Under the pieces are notes generated by a model, which worked only from the letters and a program-made list of their open reading frames with translations, was not told the origin of the DNA and did no database searches. DNA of 45,501 nt. Source: an uncultured Lachnospiraceae bacterium (GTDB lineage Bacteria > Bacillota > Clostridia > Lachnospirales > Lachnospiraceae). Position numbers and translations under genes: made by a program. The DNA lies in NCBI GenBank assembly GCA_905236025.1, contig CAJOOB010000051.1:1-45501 (forward strand), written 5' to 3'. Numbering within the stretch: the stretch's first letter is position 1; every line of letters begins with the position of its first letter. Positions 1-9,737 of this stretch are shown here, piece by piece.

Positions 1-473
1 TCCTTCCTGGGGATCTGAATCAGAAGGTTGATCCGTATTTAAGACCTTTATATGATGCTTTATATCAGATAATGGGAGCTGAAAGCTTCCTTCATAACAG
101 TGAAAAAGGCCTTATTGAGGTTGCTCCTCTTGCGTATATGAGAGGAAGAACTTTGGACAATGCTTTTATTATCCTGGATGAAGCGCAAAATACAACATCG
201 GCGCAGATGAAGATGTTTCTTACAAGAATTGGTTTTGGCTCGAAAGTAGTTGTAACAGGTGACCTTACGCAAAAGGATTTACCGTTTAATACGCCTTCAG
301 GCCTTGAAATCGCATTAAAGGTATTAAAGAATACGGAAGATATTGGGGTTTCAATTTTAACGGATGCGGACGTTGTGAGACATCCTTTGGTACAAAGAAT
401 CGTAAAAGCATATGAAGTCTTTGAGAGTAACAGAAATAAAGGAGATAAACATGAGCGTAATTATAGAAAATGA
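1..473 (+). CDS. phoH: PhoH-family ATPase, 5'-truncated by the window edge
   Basis: The frame is open from position 3 ([20 protein letters not shown]) into the 72..473 ORF. Motifs [20 protein letters not shown] and DVVRHPLV. Lies upstream of ybeY. Confidence 0.95.
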   Translation, partial: LPGDLNQKVDPYLRPLYDALYQIMGAESFLHNSEKGLIEVAPLAYMRGRTLDNAFIILDEAQNTTSAQMKMFLTRIGFGSKVVVTGDLTQKDLPFNTPSGLEIALKVLKNTEDIGVSILTDADVVRHPLVQRIVKAYEVFESNRNKGDKHERNYRK

Positions 474-954
474 AAATGATTACAGTTTTGATTTTGATTA
501 TGAAGATGTTATAAAGTCAGTAATCAAAGAAGCTTTAAATTACGTTAAGTGTCCGTATGACTGTGAAGTTAACGTATTAATTACATCTCCTTTGGAAGTA
601 CAAAGTATAAATAAGGAATACAGAGGAATTGATAAAACCACGGATGTTTTATCGTTCCCAATGCTTGAATATAATGAACCTGCAAATTTTAATGTTGTTT
701 TGGGAAACGAAGAAGACTGCGTTGATCCGGATACGGGAGAACTTAATCTTGGGGATATTGTTTTAAATTATGAAAAGATTTTTTCTCAGGCAACAGAGTA
801 CGGACATTCTCCAAAAAGAGAACTTGCTTTTTTAGTGGCTCACAGCATATTTCATCTGTTCGGATATGACCATGAAACAGATGAAGAACGGGTTGTAATG
901 GAAGAAAAGCAGGAAGAGGTACTTGCTAAACTTGGGATTACAAGGGATAAATAG
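451..954 (+). CDS. ybeY: rRNA maturation endoribonuclease YbeY
   Basis: Motifs [22 protein letters not shown] and [11 protein letters not shown] (H3xH5xH). ATG at 451 follows AAGGAG, so the start is moved from 412. Confidence 0.95.
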   Translation: MSVIIENENDYSFDFDYEDVIKSVIKEALNYVKCPYDCEVNVLITSPLEVQSINKEYRGIDKTTDVLSFPMLEYNEPANFNVVLGNEEDCVDPDTGELNLGDIVLNYEKIFSQATEYGHSPKRELAFLVAHSIFHLFGYDHETDEERVVMEEKQEEVLAKLGITRDK

Positions 955-962
955 AGGAAGTT

Positions 963-2609
963 ATGTCTAAAGATAAAAATTTTGTCGTACAGGGTGGAGT
1001 ACTTGCACTTGCAAGTATTCTGGTACGAATTCTTGGATTAATATACAGAACAATTCTTGTAAATGTCCTTGGTTCAACGGTTATGGGGTATTATGCCTCA
1101 GCATATGACATTTACTCTTTGTTTTTGCTTCTTTCATCCATGAGCATGCCTATTGCGGTTTCAAAGCTTGTTTCGGCAAGGCTTGCAAACGGTGAATATA
1201 AGAATGCAAAGAAGATATTTCATACCGCACTTGGATTTTCATGTTTTTTAGGAGTAATATTTGCGGCGCTTTTATTCTTTGGGGCGGACACAATCTCAAC
1301 TATAATTGGATATAAAGAATCTGCGTATGCAATGAGGGTGCTTGCTCCTACTCTTTTTGTAATGTCAATTCTTGGCGTATACAGAGGATATTTTCAGGGC
1401 ATGGGAAGTATGGTTCCAACAGCGATTTCCCAGATTCTTGAACAGATTGCAAACTGTGTATTCAGTATTCTTGGCGGCATTTATCTTTTAAATGTAGGTA
1501 AAGAACTGGGAAAACCGGAAGCACTTGGCGCAATGGGTGTAACAGTGGGTACTTTGGTTGGTGCGGTATGTGCACTTGCCTTTTTCAGATTCATTTACGG
1601 GCTGGAAAAAACAGCAACAAAAAAGAGGTTTTTAAATGATAAAGTAAGCCGTAAGAATCGTATGAATCACGTGCTTGGTGCCGTGATTGCAACTGTTGTA
1701 CCGGTACTTTTAAGTACAACCATTTATCAGTTGTGCCTTACATTTAACAGTACGATATTTGCAAATGTATGCTCGAAAGTGCTGCATATGGAAGAAAGCG
1801 CATACACTCTTATTTACAGCGTGTACAGCAATCAGTACAAACTTCTTACGTTAGCACCTGTGGCCATTGCAAGTGCAATGTCTTCAGCCATCATTCCAAG
1901 CCTTGTAAAATCTCTTAATGCAGGGAGTAAAAGGGAACTTCAGATGAAGGTAAATGCTGCGATTAAAATTACAACCATTATTGCTTTTCCTTGCGGCTTT
2001 GGTCTTGCCTTGCTTGCAACGCCTATTTTATCTTTACTTTTCCCGGATCCTGAAACTATTCATTTAAGCGTTTCATTAATGAGATTTGCGGTACTTTCCG
2101 TTGTGGGATTCTCCCTTTCAACGCTTACAAATGCCATATTACAGGGAATTGATAAATTAAAGCTTCCGGTTATTCATGTAATAATTGCGCTTATAATACA
2201 TACAATACTTGTGTTTATAATGTTAATTCCGTTAGATTACGGAATTAAGGGCGTTGTAATTTGTGATATTGTATATGCATTTGTAATTGTTATTCTTAAT
2301 TTTGCATCAATAAAAAAATACTTAAATTACAAGCAGGAAATACTTAAGCCTTTTATTCTTCCTTTATTTGCTTCATGCATAATGGGGATAATTGCTTTTG
2401 GCTTCCATAAGTTTTCATACCTCTTTCTTGAAAATCTGATTGGGGATAAGATTGCGGAACTTATATGTACGTTGCTGTCCGTATTAATTGCCGTACTTGT
2501 GTATTTCCTCTTACTTTTCTCGCTTAATATTGTAGATGAAAAGGAACTTAAGATGTTGCCAATGGGCTCAAAAATTGGTGCAATTGCAAGAAAATTCGGA
2601 GTAATGTGA
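963..2609 (+). CDS. MOP-superfamily flippase (SpoVB/MurJ-like polysaccharide biosynthesis protein)
   Basis: 548-aa polytopic membrane protein with RILGLIYR, PIAVSKLVS and YRGYFQGMGSMVPTAISQILEQI, typical of SpoVB/YtgP/YabM. Confidence 0.85.
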   Translation: MSKDKNFVVQGGVLALASILVRILGLIYRTILVNVLGSTVMGYYASAYDIYSLFLLLSSMSMPIAVSKLVSARLANGEYKNAKKIFHTALGFSCFLGVIFAALLFFGADTISTIIGYKESAYAMRVLAPTLFVMSILGVYRGYFQGMGSMVPTAISQILEQIANCVFSILGGIYLLNVGKELGKPEALGAMGVTVGTLVGAVCALAFFRFIYGLEKTATKKRFLNDKVSRKNRMNHVLGAVIATVVPVLLSTTIYQLCLTFNSTIFANVCSKVLHMEESAYTLIYSVYSNQYKLLTLAPVAIASAMSSAIIPSLVKSLNAGSKRELQMKVNAAIKITTIIAFPCGFGLALLATPILSLLFPDPETIHLSVSLMRFAVLSVVGFSLSTLTNAILQGIDKLKLPVIHVIIALIIHTILVFIMLIPLDYGIKGVVICDIVYAFVIVILNFASIKKYLNYKQEILKPFILPLFASCIMGIIAFGFHKFSYLFLENLIGDKIAELICTLLSVLIAVLVYFLLLFSLNIVDEKELKMLPMGSKIGAIARKFGVM

Positions 2610-2621
2610 GGTGTTTGGAAT

Positions 2622-3905
2622 ATGAGTAATTCATATGATGTTGCGGTGATTGGAGCGGGTGCCGGCGGTATGGTATGTGCCGCAAAACTAAAAGAGCGCG
2701 GCTTCAATGTATGCTTGGTTGAAAAACTCAATAAACCGGGTAAAAAGCTTTCTGTTACCGGAAATGGCAGATGTAACCTTACAAATACCGATATGAACGT
2801 AAATAAGTATTACTCTGATGAACTTCCCTTGGTAAAAGAAGTGATTGATGCTTTTAACGAAAAGGATACAATCAGTTATTTGGAAGGATGTGGTCTTGTA
2901 ACCAAAGAAAAAAACGGATACGTTTATCCGTATAACGAAAATGCGGTATCCGTCGTAAATCTTTTACAAAGCAGGTTGGCAAGCCTTATGGTTAAAACGG
3001 AATATAATTTCAATGTATCTGAAATAAAAAAAGATAAAGACGGATTTTTAATTAAAGATGATAAAAAAAGCGTCATAAAGTCTAAAAAGGTTGTGCTTGC
3101 CTGTGGCGGAATGAGTGCGTTAAGCGCAGATACAAAATATAACGCATTAACATTAATCAAGGATTTTGATATAAAAACCGTAATAATGCATCCTGCATTA
3201 TGCGCTTTAACATGTAAGGATTTAATTATTGGAGATACAAAAACAGAAAATACAAAAGGTATAGATTTTGCAAGCATTGCGGGTGTAAGAACAAATGCGG
3301 CCGTAAAGGTTAATTTACATGATAAAAACGGAAAACTTATTGCTTTAGATAACAACACTGACCTTGGTGAAGTGCAGATTACAAAAACCGGACTTTCGGG
3401 AATCCCTGTATTTAATGTATCAAGACACGCAACATACGGACTTTTAAATAATTTAGATGTTGAAATTGCGGTTGATTTCCTTCCTGATTTTACCGTAAAC
3501 GATTTGCTTAAGAGATTCAATTTTTTAATGGATTTAGAGGAGAGAAACAAAATTGGTGATTTCTTTACAACCCTTTTAAATCCAAAGCTTTCCGATTATC
3601 TTATTAAGACAAACCTCTTTACTTCAAACATGAAGTTGGCTGAACAGGATCCTGAAATAATGAAACTCTTTTTTGAAACCCTTAAAAATTACGTATTTAA
3701 GGTTGTTTCCGCATCAGAAGCACAAAACGCACAGGTAACTGCGGGCGGAGTTTCATTAAATGAAATTGATATATCAACCTTTGAAACAAAGAAGGTTAAA
3801 GACCTTTATATTATCGGAGAATTACTTGATGCCGATGGCCGCTGCGGCGGTTACAATTTACAATGGGCATTTGCAACGGGTGTTTTATGTGCGAAAAATA
3901 TGTAA
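2622..3905 (+). CDS. HI0933/BaiN-like flavoprotein (NAD(P)/FAD-dependent oxidoreductase)
   Basis: Motifs GAGAGG, GKKLSVTGNGRCNLTN, AQVTAGGV and GELLDADGRCGGYNLQWAFATG. Confidence 0.92.
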   Translation: MSNSYDVAVIGAGAGGMVCAAKLKERGFNVCLVEKLNKPGKKLSVTGNGRCNLTNTDMNVNKYYSDELPLVKEVIDAFNEKDTISYLEGCGLVTKEKNGYVYPYNENAVSVVNLLQSRLASLMVKTEYNFNVSEIKKDKDGFLIKDDKKSVIKSKKVVLACGGMSALSADTKYNALTLIKDFDIKTVIMHPALCALTCKDLIIGDTKTENTKGIDFASIAGVRTNAAVKVNLHDKNGKLIALDNNTDLGEVQITKTGLSGIPVFNVSRHATYGLLNNLDVEIAVDFLPDFTVNDLLKRFNFLMDLEERNKIGDFFTTLLNPKLSDYLIKTNLFTSNMKLAEQDPEIMKLFFETLKNYVFKVVSASEAQNAQVTAGGVSLNEIDISTFETKKVKDLYIIGELLDADGRCGGYNLQWAFATGVLCAKNM

Positions 3906-5509
3906 AAGTAAGACAGATCAAACTTCCTGTCGAATGTGATAACTTAACGGAAAAATTAAAAAATAAAGCGGCTCTTTCGTTACGGATAAAGCCCGGTGAT
4001 ATTTTGAATCTTGAAATTACCAAGAAGTCACTTGATGCAAGAGATAAAGAAGACGTGTTTTTTTCATACGAAGTATTGTTAAAGCTTGATTTTAACACGA
4101 AAATCAAGCTTAATCCGAAGGATAAAAATGTGTGCCTTTTTGATAATAAGAAATATGAAATTCCAAAATGCGGAGACGAAGAACTAAAGAAAAGGCCGGT
4201 TATATGCGGATTTGGTCCTGCGGGAATATTTTGTGCGCTTAATCTTGCAAAGGCAGGCTTTAAGCCGATTGTTTTGGAACGTGGAAAAGATGTGGACGAA
4301 AGAAGCAGGGATATGGAGCTTCTTTTTAAAGAAGGTATTTTGAATACTGAATCTAATGCGCAGTTTGGTGAGGGCGGCGCAGGTACTTTTTCTGACGGTA
4401 AATTAAACACCACGGTTAAGGACTCATTTGGACGAAACAGATACGTTCTTGATACATTTGCGGATTTTGGCGCAAATGATGAGATAAGATATGTAAATAA
4501 GCCTCATATTGGGACGGATGTTTTAAAGAACGTTATTAAAAACATGCGTATGGAAATTGAACATCTTGGCGGAGAAATAAGATTTAACTCAAAGCTTACG
4601 GGTGTTAAGATTTTGGATAATAAGATAAAGGCAGTTGTAATTAATAACAAAGAAACTCTTGAAACGGATGTTTTGGTGCTTGCGATTGGGCACAGTGCAA
4701 GAGATACCTTTGAAATGCTTTATAATAATGACTTCCCAATGACCGCAAAGCCTTTTGCGGTTGGGGTAAGAGTACAGACTCCTCAGGAACTTATAGATAT
4801 TAATCAGTACGGTGAAAAATATGCAAAGCTCTTGCCGGCGGCTGATTACAAACTTACGCATACATGTAAAAACGGTCACGGTGTTTATTCTTTTTGTATG
4901 TGTCCCGGAGGATATGTTATTAATGCTTCTTCCGAAAATAACAGAACGTGCGTAAACGGTATGAGCTATTCAAAAAGAGACAGTAATTACGCAAACAGTG
5001 CAATAATTGTTTCCGTAAGCCCGGATGATTATTCATCAGATAAAGAAAATATTCATCCTTTAAGCGGTGTTAGATTTCAGCGTATGCTTGAAGAAAAGGC
5101 GTATAATTTAGGAGATGGTAAAATACCGGCTCAAAATTATTCTGATTTTGAAAAAAACCTTGAAACTACTGAATTTAATGATAAAGTAATGTTAAAGGGT
5201 TTGTATAAGGGATGTAATATAAGAGAGATTTTCCCTGATTTTATTAATGAATCGATTATTGAAGCAATGCCTTATTTTAATAATAAAATAAACGGTTTTG
5301 TTTCTGATAAAACCATAATTATGGGCCCTGAAAGCAGAACTTCGTCGCCGCTTAGAATAAGCAGAGATGAGGATTTGGTTACAAAGTACAAAGGCGTTTA
5401 TCCGTGCGGAGAAGGATGCGGATACGCAGGTGGAATCACTTCTGCGGCCATTGACGGTATTAAAGTGTCTGAAAAAATTATTATGAAATATAAAAAATAC
5501 GGCGCATAG
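3887..5509 (+). CDS. Uncharacterised FAD-dependent oxidoreductase
   Basis: Motifs GFGPAG, QFGEGGAGTFSDGKL, PHIGTD, YSFCMCPGG, ESRTSSP and GEGCGYAGGITSAAIDG. Start is uncertain (3863 or 3887). Confidence 0.85.
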   Translation: MCEKYVKVRQIKLPVECDNLTEKLKNKAALSLRIKPGDILNLEITKKSLDARDKEDVFFSYEVLLKLDFNTKIKLNPKDKNVCLFDNKKYEIPKCGDEELKKRPVICGFGPAGIFCALNLAKAGFKPIVLERGKDVDERSRDMELLFKEGILNTESNAQFGEGGAGTFSDGKLNTTVKDSFGRNRYVLDTFADFGANDEIRYVNKPHIGTDVLKNVIKNMRMEIEHLGGEIRFNSKLTGVKILDNKIKAVVINNKETLETDVLVLAIGHSARDTFEMLYNNDFPMTAKPFAVGVRVQTPQELIDINQYGEKYAKLLPAADYKLTHTCKNGHGVYSFCMCPGGYVINASSENNRTCVNGMSYSKRDSNYANSAIIVSVSPDDYSSDKENIHPLSGVRFQRMLEEKAYNLGDGKIPAQNYSDFEKNLETTEFNDKVMLKGLYKGCNIREIFPDFINESIIEAMPYFNNKINGFVSDKTIIMGPESRTSSPLRISRDEDLVTKYKGVYPCGEGCGYAGGITSAAIDGIKVSEKIIMKYKKYGA

Positions 5510-5530
5510 TTTGTGCAAACGGAGGAAAAA

Positions 5531-6364
5531 ATGGACTCTTTCAGAAAGAACATTACAAAGGCAAAGAGAATAGTAATAAAGATTGGATCTTCATCCCTTA
5601 CACACAAAGAAACCAAGAGACTTGATTTACTTAAGCTCGAGAAACTTGTGCGTATAATTGCGGATCTTCATAACAGCAAAAAGGAAGTTATCCTTGTTTC
5701 TTCCGGTGCCATTGCCGTGGGTCGTGCAAAGATGGGACTTTCCGCAAAGATGAGTCTTTCAAAAAAACAGGCCTGTGCGGCTGTGGGCCAGGCCCAGCTT
5801 ATTTCCATATATCAGAGAATTTTTTCTGAATATAATCAGACTGCAGCTCAGGTACTCATGACAAAAAATACCATCACAAACGAAGTGAGCAGAAAGAATG
5901 CGGAAAATACATTCAGCGAACTTTTAAATCTTGGTGTTATCCCTATTGTTAATGAAAACGATACCGTTTCAACGGATGAAATCAAATTTGGTGATAATGA
6001 CAGACTTTCAGCAATTGTTGCCGCAATTACCGGTGCGGATCTGCTTATTTTACTTTCTGATATTGACGGCTTATATACGGATGATCCAAATGTAAATAGA
6101 AACGCCAAACTTATTCATACGGTTGAAAAGGTTACGGATAAATATAAGCACATGGCAAAGTCCACTTCTTCAAGTGATGTGGGTACGGGCGGTATGGCTG
6201 CAAAGATTGCGGCTGCAAGTATTGCGACAAGTGCCGGATGTGATATGGTGATTGCAAACGGTGACGATGTATTGACTATCAGCAGCATTCTTGAGGGAAA
6301 TGATGTGGGTACTTTGTTTGTGAATAACGAAGACAGAGAGTTTGATATTAATGAATGCTTATAA
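5531..6364 (+). CDS. proB: Glutamate 5-kinase (short form, no PUA domain)
   Basis: Motifs VIKIGSSSL, VSSGAIAVG, AAVGQ, NENDTV, FGDNDRLSA and GTGGMAAK. ATG at 5531 follows GGAGG. Confidence 0.95.
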   Translation: MDSFRKNITKAKRIVIKIGSSSLTHKETKRLDLLKLEKLVRIIADLHNSKKEVILVSSGAIAVGRAKMGLSAKMSLSKKQACAAVGQAQLISIYQRIFSEYNQTAAQVLMTKNTITNEVSRKNAENTFSELLNLGVIPIVNENDTVSTDEIKFGDNDRLSAIVAAITGADLLILLSDIDGLYTDDPNVNRNAKLIHTVEKVTDKYKHMAKSTSSSDVGTGGMAAKIAAASIATSAGCDMVIANGDDVLTISSILEGNDVGTLFVNNEDREFDINECL

Positions 6365-6929
6365 AACAAAGGAAGAGGCGAGGAAGTATTACGCTTCACT
6401 AAGAAAAAATCTTGAAACGGAATATGTAAAAAATGCTTCTTTAGAGATTTGTAAAAAAATTATGGCTGATGAAAATTATAAGAAAGCAAGATCGGTAGCG
6501 GCTTATATGGCGATTGGTAATGAAATTGATTTAAGCCTTCTTATTTCTGACGTTATTAATAATAAAAAACTCTTTTTACCTAAGGTTTTGGATGGGGAAA
6601 ATATGGAGTTTTACGAAATTAGTGATATCTCGGAACTAAAAGTACAGAGTATAGGGATTTTAGAGCCTTATGGAGATTTAAAAAAGGCTTATTTTAATAC
6701 TGATACTTTAATTATTGTTCCGGGAATTGTTTTTGATAAGGACGGTTACAGATACGGATACGGAAAAGGCTATTATGACCGATACTTTTTTAAGGGTGGT
6801 TTTGGTTGCAAAATCGGGGTCTGTTATGATAGACTTTTGTGTGAGAAATTACCGCAAACTACTGAGTTTGATATGACAAGCGATATTGTGGTAACTGAAA
6901 ATGAAATACATCATGTAAAGGATAATTAA
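6351..6929 (+). CDS. 5-formyltetrahydrofolate cyclo-ligase
   Basis: Motifs GNEID, LFLPKV, GILEP and IVPGIVFDKDGYRYGYGKGYYDRY. Confidence 0.92.
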   Translation: MNAYKTKEEARKYYASLRKNLETEYVKNASLEICKKIMADENYKKARSVAAYMAIGNEIDLSLLISDVINNKKLFLPKVLDGENMEFYEISDISELKVQSIGILEPYGDLKKAYFNTDTLIIVPGIVFDKDGYRYGYGKGYYDRYFFKGGFGCKIGVCYDRLLCEKLPQTTEFDMTSDIVVTENEIHHVKDN

Positions 6930-8330
6930 ATGTTTGACGTTAATGCTCAAATACAGTTAAAATATGTTGAAAAAATAAGAACATACCTTTCGGATTATGA
7001 AAGAAAAACCGGTAAAAGACTTACGGCCTGCGTTGTTACGTACGGTTGTCAGATGAATGTAAAGGATTCGGAAAAACTTTCGGGAATCTTGGAAGATGCC
7101 GGATTTAATATTATTGAAGATGAGGACGCTGACCTTGTCATTTATAATACCTGTACGGTAAGAGAAAACGCAAATAAAAAGCTTTACGGGCATCTTGGCT
7201 TAATGAAGCACAAAAAAGAAGAAAACAAAGATAAGATGATTGCTCTTTGCGGCTGTATGATGCAGGAAAAGGGCGTTATTGAGGTTTTAGAGAAGGATTA
7301 TAAATTCGTTGATATTATTTTTGGAACGCACAATCTGTATAAGTTTGCAGAACTTTTATGGCAGAGGTTTTCGGGTAAGAAACGCGTTTTGGAAATTTTG
7401 GATAAATCTGATGAAATTGTTGAAGATTTACCTTCTAAAAGAAATGATTTCTTCAGATGCGGCGTAAACATTATGTACGGCTGCAATAATTTTTGTACCT
7501 TCTGTATTGTTCCTTATGTAAGAGGAAGAGAAAAAAGCAGGGATCCAAAGGATATCATAAGAGAGTGCGAAGCGCTTGCAAAAGACGGTGTTGTTGAAGT
7601 TATGCTTTTGGGACAAAACGTAAACAGCTACGGAAAAACTCTGGAAGATAAAATGACTTTTGCAGAGCTTTTAAGTGAGATTGAAAAGGTTGAGGGGATT
7701 GAAAGAATAAGATTCATGACCTCCCACCCAAAGGACTTGTCTGATGATTTAATTAAGGTAATGGCTTCATCAAAGAAAATCTGTAAGCAGCTTCACTTAC
7801 CGCTTCAATCAGGAAGTTCCGCACTTTTAAAGAAGATGAACAGACATTATGATAAGGATAGGTACCTTTTACTTGTTGATAAATTAAAAAAAGCAATTCC
7901 GGATATTTGTCTTACAACGGATATTATTGTGGGATTTCCGGGTGAAACGGAAGAGGATTTCTTAGAGACTTTGGACGTTGTAAAAAAGTGTGAATATGAT
8001 TCGGCATATACATTTATTTATTCAAAAAGAACGGGAACGCCTGCGGCAACATTTGAAGACCAGGTACCAAAAGACGTGGTTAAAGACCGCTTTGACAGAC
8101 TTTTAAAGCTTGTAAACGAAATATCTTCAAAGAAAACAAAGAAACTTGAAGGAAAGACGGTTAAAGTTTTGGTGGACGAAGTAAATAAAGATATGGAAGG
8201 CTTTATGAGCGGAAGACTTGATAACAATATGGTTGTTCACTTTAAGGGTGATAAGGATCTGCTCGGAAAATTCGTTAATGTAAAGTTAAATGAAGCAAAG
8301 GGCTTTTATTATATTGGAGAATTAGCATAA
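6930..8330 (+). CDS. miaB: tRNA i6A37 methylthiotransferase MiaB
   Basis: UPF0004 cysteines (TYGCQMN, NTCTVRENA, GCM), radical SAM motif CNNFCTFC, LGQNVNSYG, RFMTSHP and a C-terminal TRAM domain. Confidence 0.95.
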   Translation: MFDVNAQIQLKYVEKIRTYLSDYERKTGKRLTACVVTYGCQMNVKDSEKLSGILEDAGFNIIEDEDADLVIYNTCTVRENANKKLYGHLGLMKHKKEENKDKMIALCGCMMQEKGVIEVLEKDYKFVDIIFGTHNLYKFAELLWQRFSGKKRVLEILDKSDEIVEDLPSKRNDFFRCGVNIMYGCNNFCTFCIVPYVRGREKSRDPKDIIRECEALAKDGVVEVMLLGQNVNSYGKTLEDKMTFAELLSEIEKVEGIERIRFMTSHPKDLSDDLIKVMASSKKICKQLHLPLQSGSSALLKKMNRHYDKDRYLLLVDKLKKAIPDICLTTDIIVGFPGETEEDFLETLDVVKKCEYDSAYTFIYSKRTGTPAATFEDQVPKDVVKDRFDRLLKLVNEISSKKTKKLEGKTVKVLVDEVNKDMEGFMSGRLDNNMVVHFKGDKDLLGKFVNVKLNEAKGFYYIGELA

Positions 8331-8345
8331 GAAAAGGAGAAAATT

Positions 8346-9710
8346 ATGGGCTTTTCAAAAGATTTTGTTTGGGGTTGCGCAACAGCATCATATCAGGTTG
8401 AAGGTGGTTACCTTGACGATGGCAAGGGCTTGAATGTATGGGATATCTGCTCTCATGTACCCGGGTTTGTAAGGGATGGAAATAACGGCGATGTCACATG
8501 CGATCAGTATCATAAATTTAAAGAAGACGTAAAGCTTATGAAAGAGATTGGGCTTAAGTCTTACAGATTTTCGGTTAACTGGGCAAGAGTATTACCGACG
8601 GGTGATGTAAAAGACGGTATTAACGAAGCCGGCTTACAGTACTATTCAGACCTTGTTGATGAACTCCTTGCAAACGGCATTGAACCATATCTTACTGTGT
8701 TTCACTGGGATTATCCTAATGAGCTCTTTAAAAGAGGCGGCTGGCTTAATCCGGAATCACCAAAGTGGTTTGAAAATTATACAAAGGTGCTTGTTGACAG
8801 ACTTTCAGACAGAGTTACTCACTGGATGACTTTAAATGAGCCACAGTGCTTTGTAAACCTTGGACACGACACCGGCGTTCATGCACCGGGGCTTAAACTT
8901 CCAATGGTTTACCTTATGGAAATATACAGAAATGTCTTACTTGCCCATGGCCATGCATGTATGACAATAAGAAAATATACAAAGAAGCCATGCGAAATTG
9001 GTTTCGCACCGGTTGCAGGCGTTGATATTCCGTATACAGACAGTAAGGAAGATATTGAGGCAGCAAAGTTTTCAATGTTTGCAATTGACAGTCATGACAT
9101 GCTTTGGAAAAACTCAATCTGGATGGACCCGATTGTTTTGGGTAAATTTCCTGAAGGTGCAAAGGAATATGCGGGCGAATGCTGGCCAAACTTCACTGAT
9201 GAAGATTTAAAGATAATTCATCAGCCGCTTGATTTCTTTGGGATGAATTCATACCAGGGAAATACAGTTAAGCACAGAGAAGATGGTAAGCCGGGCTTTG
9301 AAGTTTTAAAAAGAGAAGACGGATATGACCATACGGCAATCCGTTGGCCAATCACACCAAAAATTTTATACTGGGGTCCTGTGTTGTTCTATGAAAGATA
9401 TAAACTTCCAATTTTAGTTACGGAAAACGGTATGTCTAATTATGATTTGGTAAGTGAAGACGGATGTGTACACGATCCGCAGCGAATTGAATTCCTTAAG
9501 AGATATTTGAGAGAATTCAAAAAAGCATCTGATGTTGTACCTCTTAAGGGCTATACACAGTGGTCATTTATGGATAACTTTGAATGGGCTGAAGGCTACA
9601 ACGAGAGATTTGGTATTGTTTATACGGATTACGTTACCGGTAAGAGAATACTTAAAGATTCAGCGAAATTCTATGCTGAAGTAATTAAAACAAACGGTGA
9701 AAATCTTTAA
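8346..9710 (+). CDS. Glycoside hydrolase family 1 beta-glucosidase, cytoplasmic
   Basis: WGCATASYQVEG, acid/base motif TLNEP, nucleophile motif VTENG, and WSFMDNFEWAEGYNERFG. No signal peptide. Confidence 0.95.
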   Translation: MGFSKDFVWGCATASYQVEGGYLDDGKGLNVWDICSHVPGFVRDGNNGDVTCDQYHKFKEDVKLMKEIGLKSYRFSVNWARVLPTGDVKDGINEAGLQYYSDLVDELLANGIEPYLTVFHWDYPNELFKRGGWLNPESPKWFENYTKVLVDRLSDRVTHWMTLNEPQCFVNLGHDTGVHAPGLKLPMVYLMEIYRNVLLAHGHACMTIRKYTKKPCEIGFAPVAGVDIPYTDSKEDIEAAKFSMFAIDSHDMLWKNSIWMDPIVLGKFPEGAKEYAGECWPNFTDEDLKIIHQPLDFFGMNSYQGNTVKHREDGKPGFEVLKREDGYDHTAIRWPITPKILYWGPVLFYERYKLPILVTENGMSNYDLVSEDGCVHDPQRIEFLKRYLREFKKASDVVPLKGYTQWSFMDNFEWAEGYNERFGIVYTDYVTGKRILKDSAKFYAEVIKTNGENL

Positions 9711-9737
9711 GACTATTTAGAACGGGAGATTGTTAAA

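Noticed and set aside
412..450. Longer ORF-track starts for ybeY, and likewise proB, polA, the FtsA-like gene, recU, hisZ, rpmA and yhbY
   Set aside because: Downstream starts have better Shine-Dalgarno sequences and/or match the family N-termini.
5531..6364. proB without a PUA domain and without adjacent proA, as a possible truncation
   Set aside because: PUA-less glutamate 5-kinases are common in Firmicutes and the catalytic motifs are intact.
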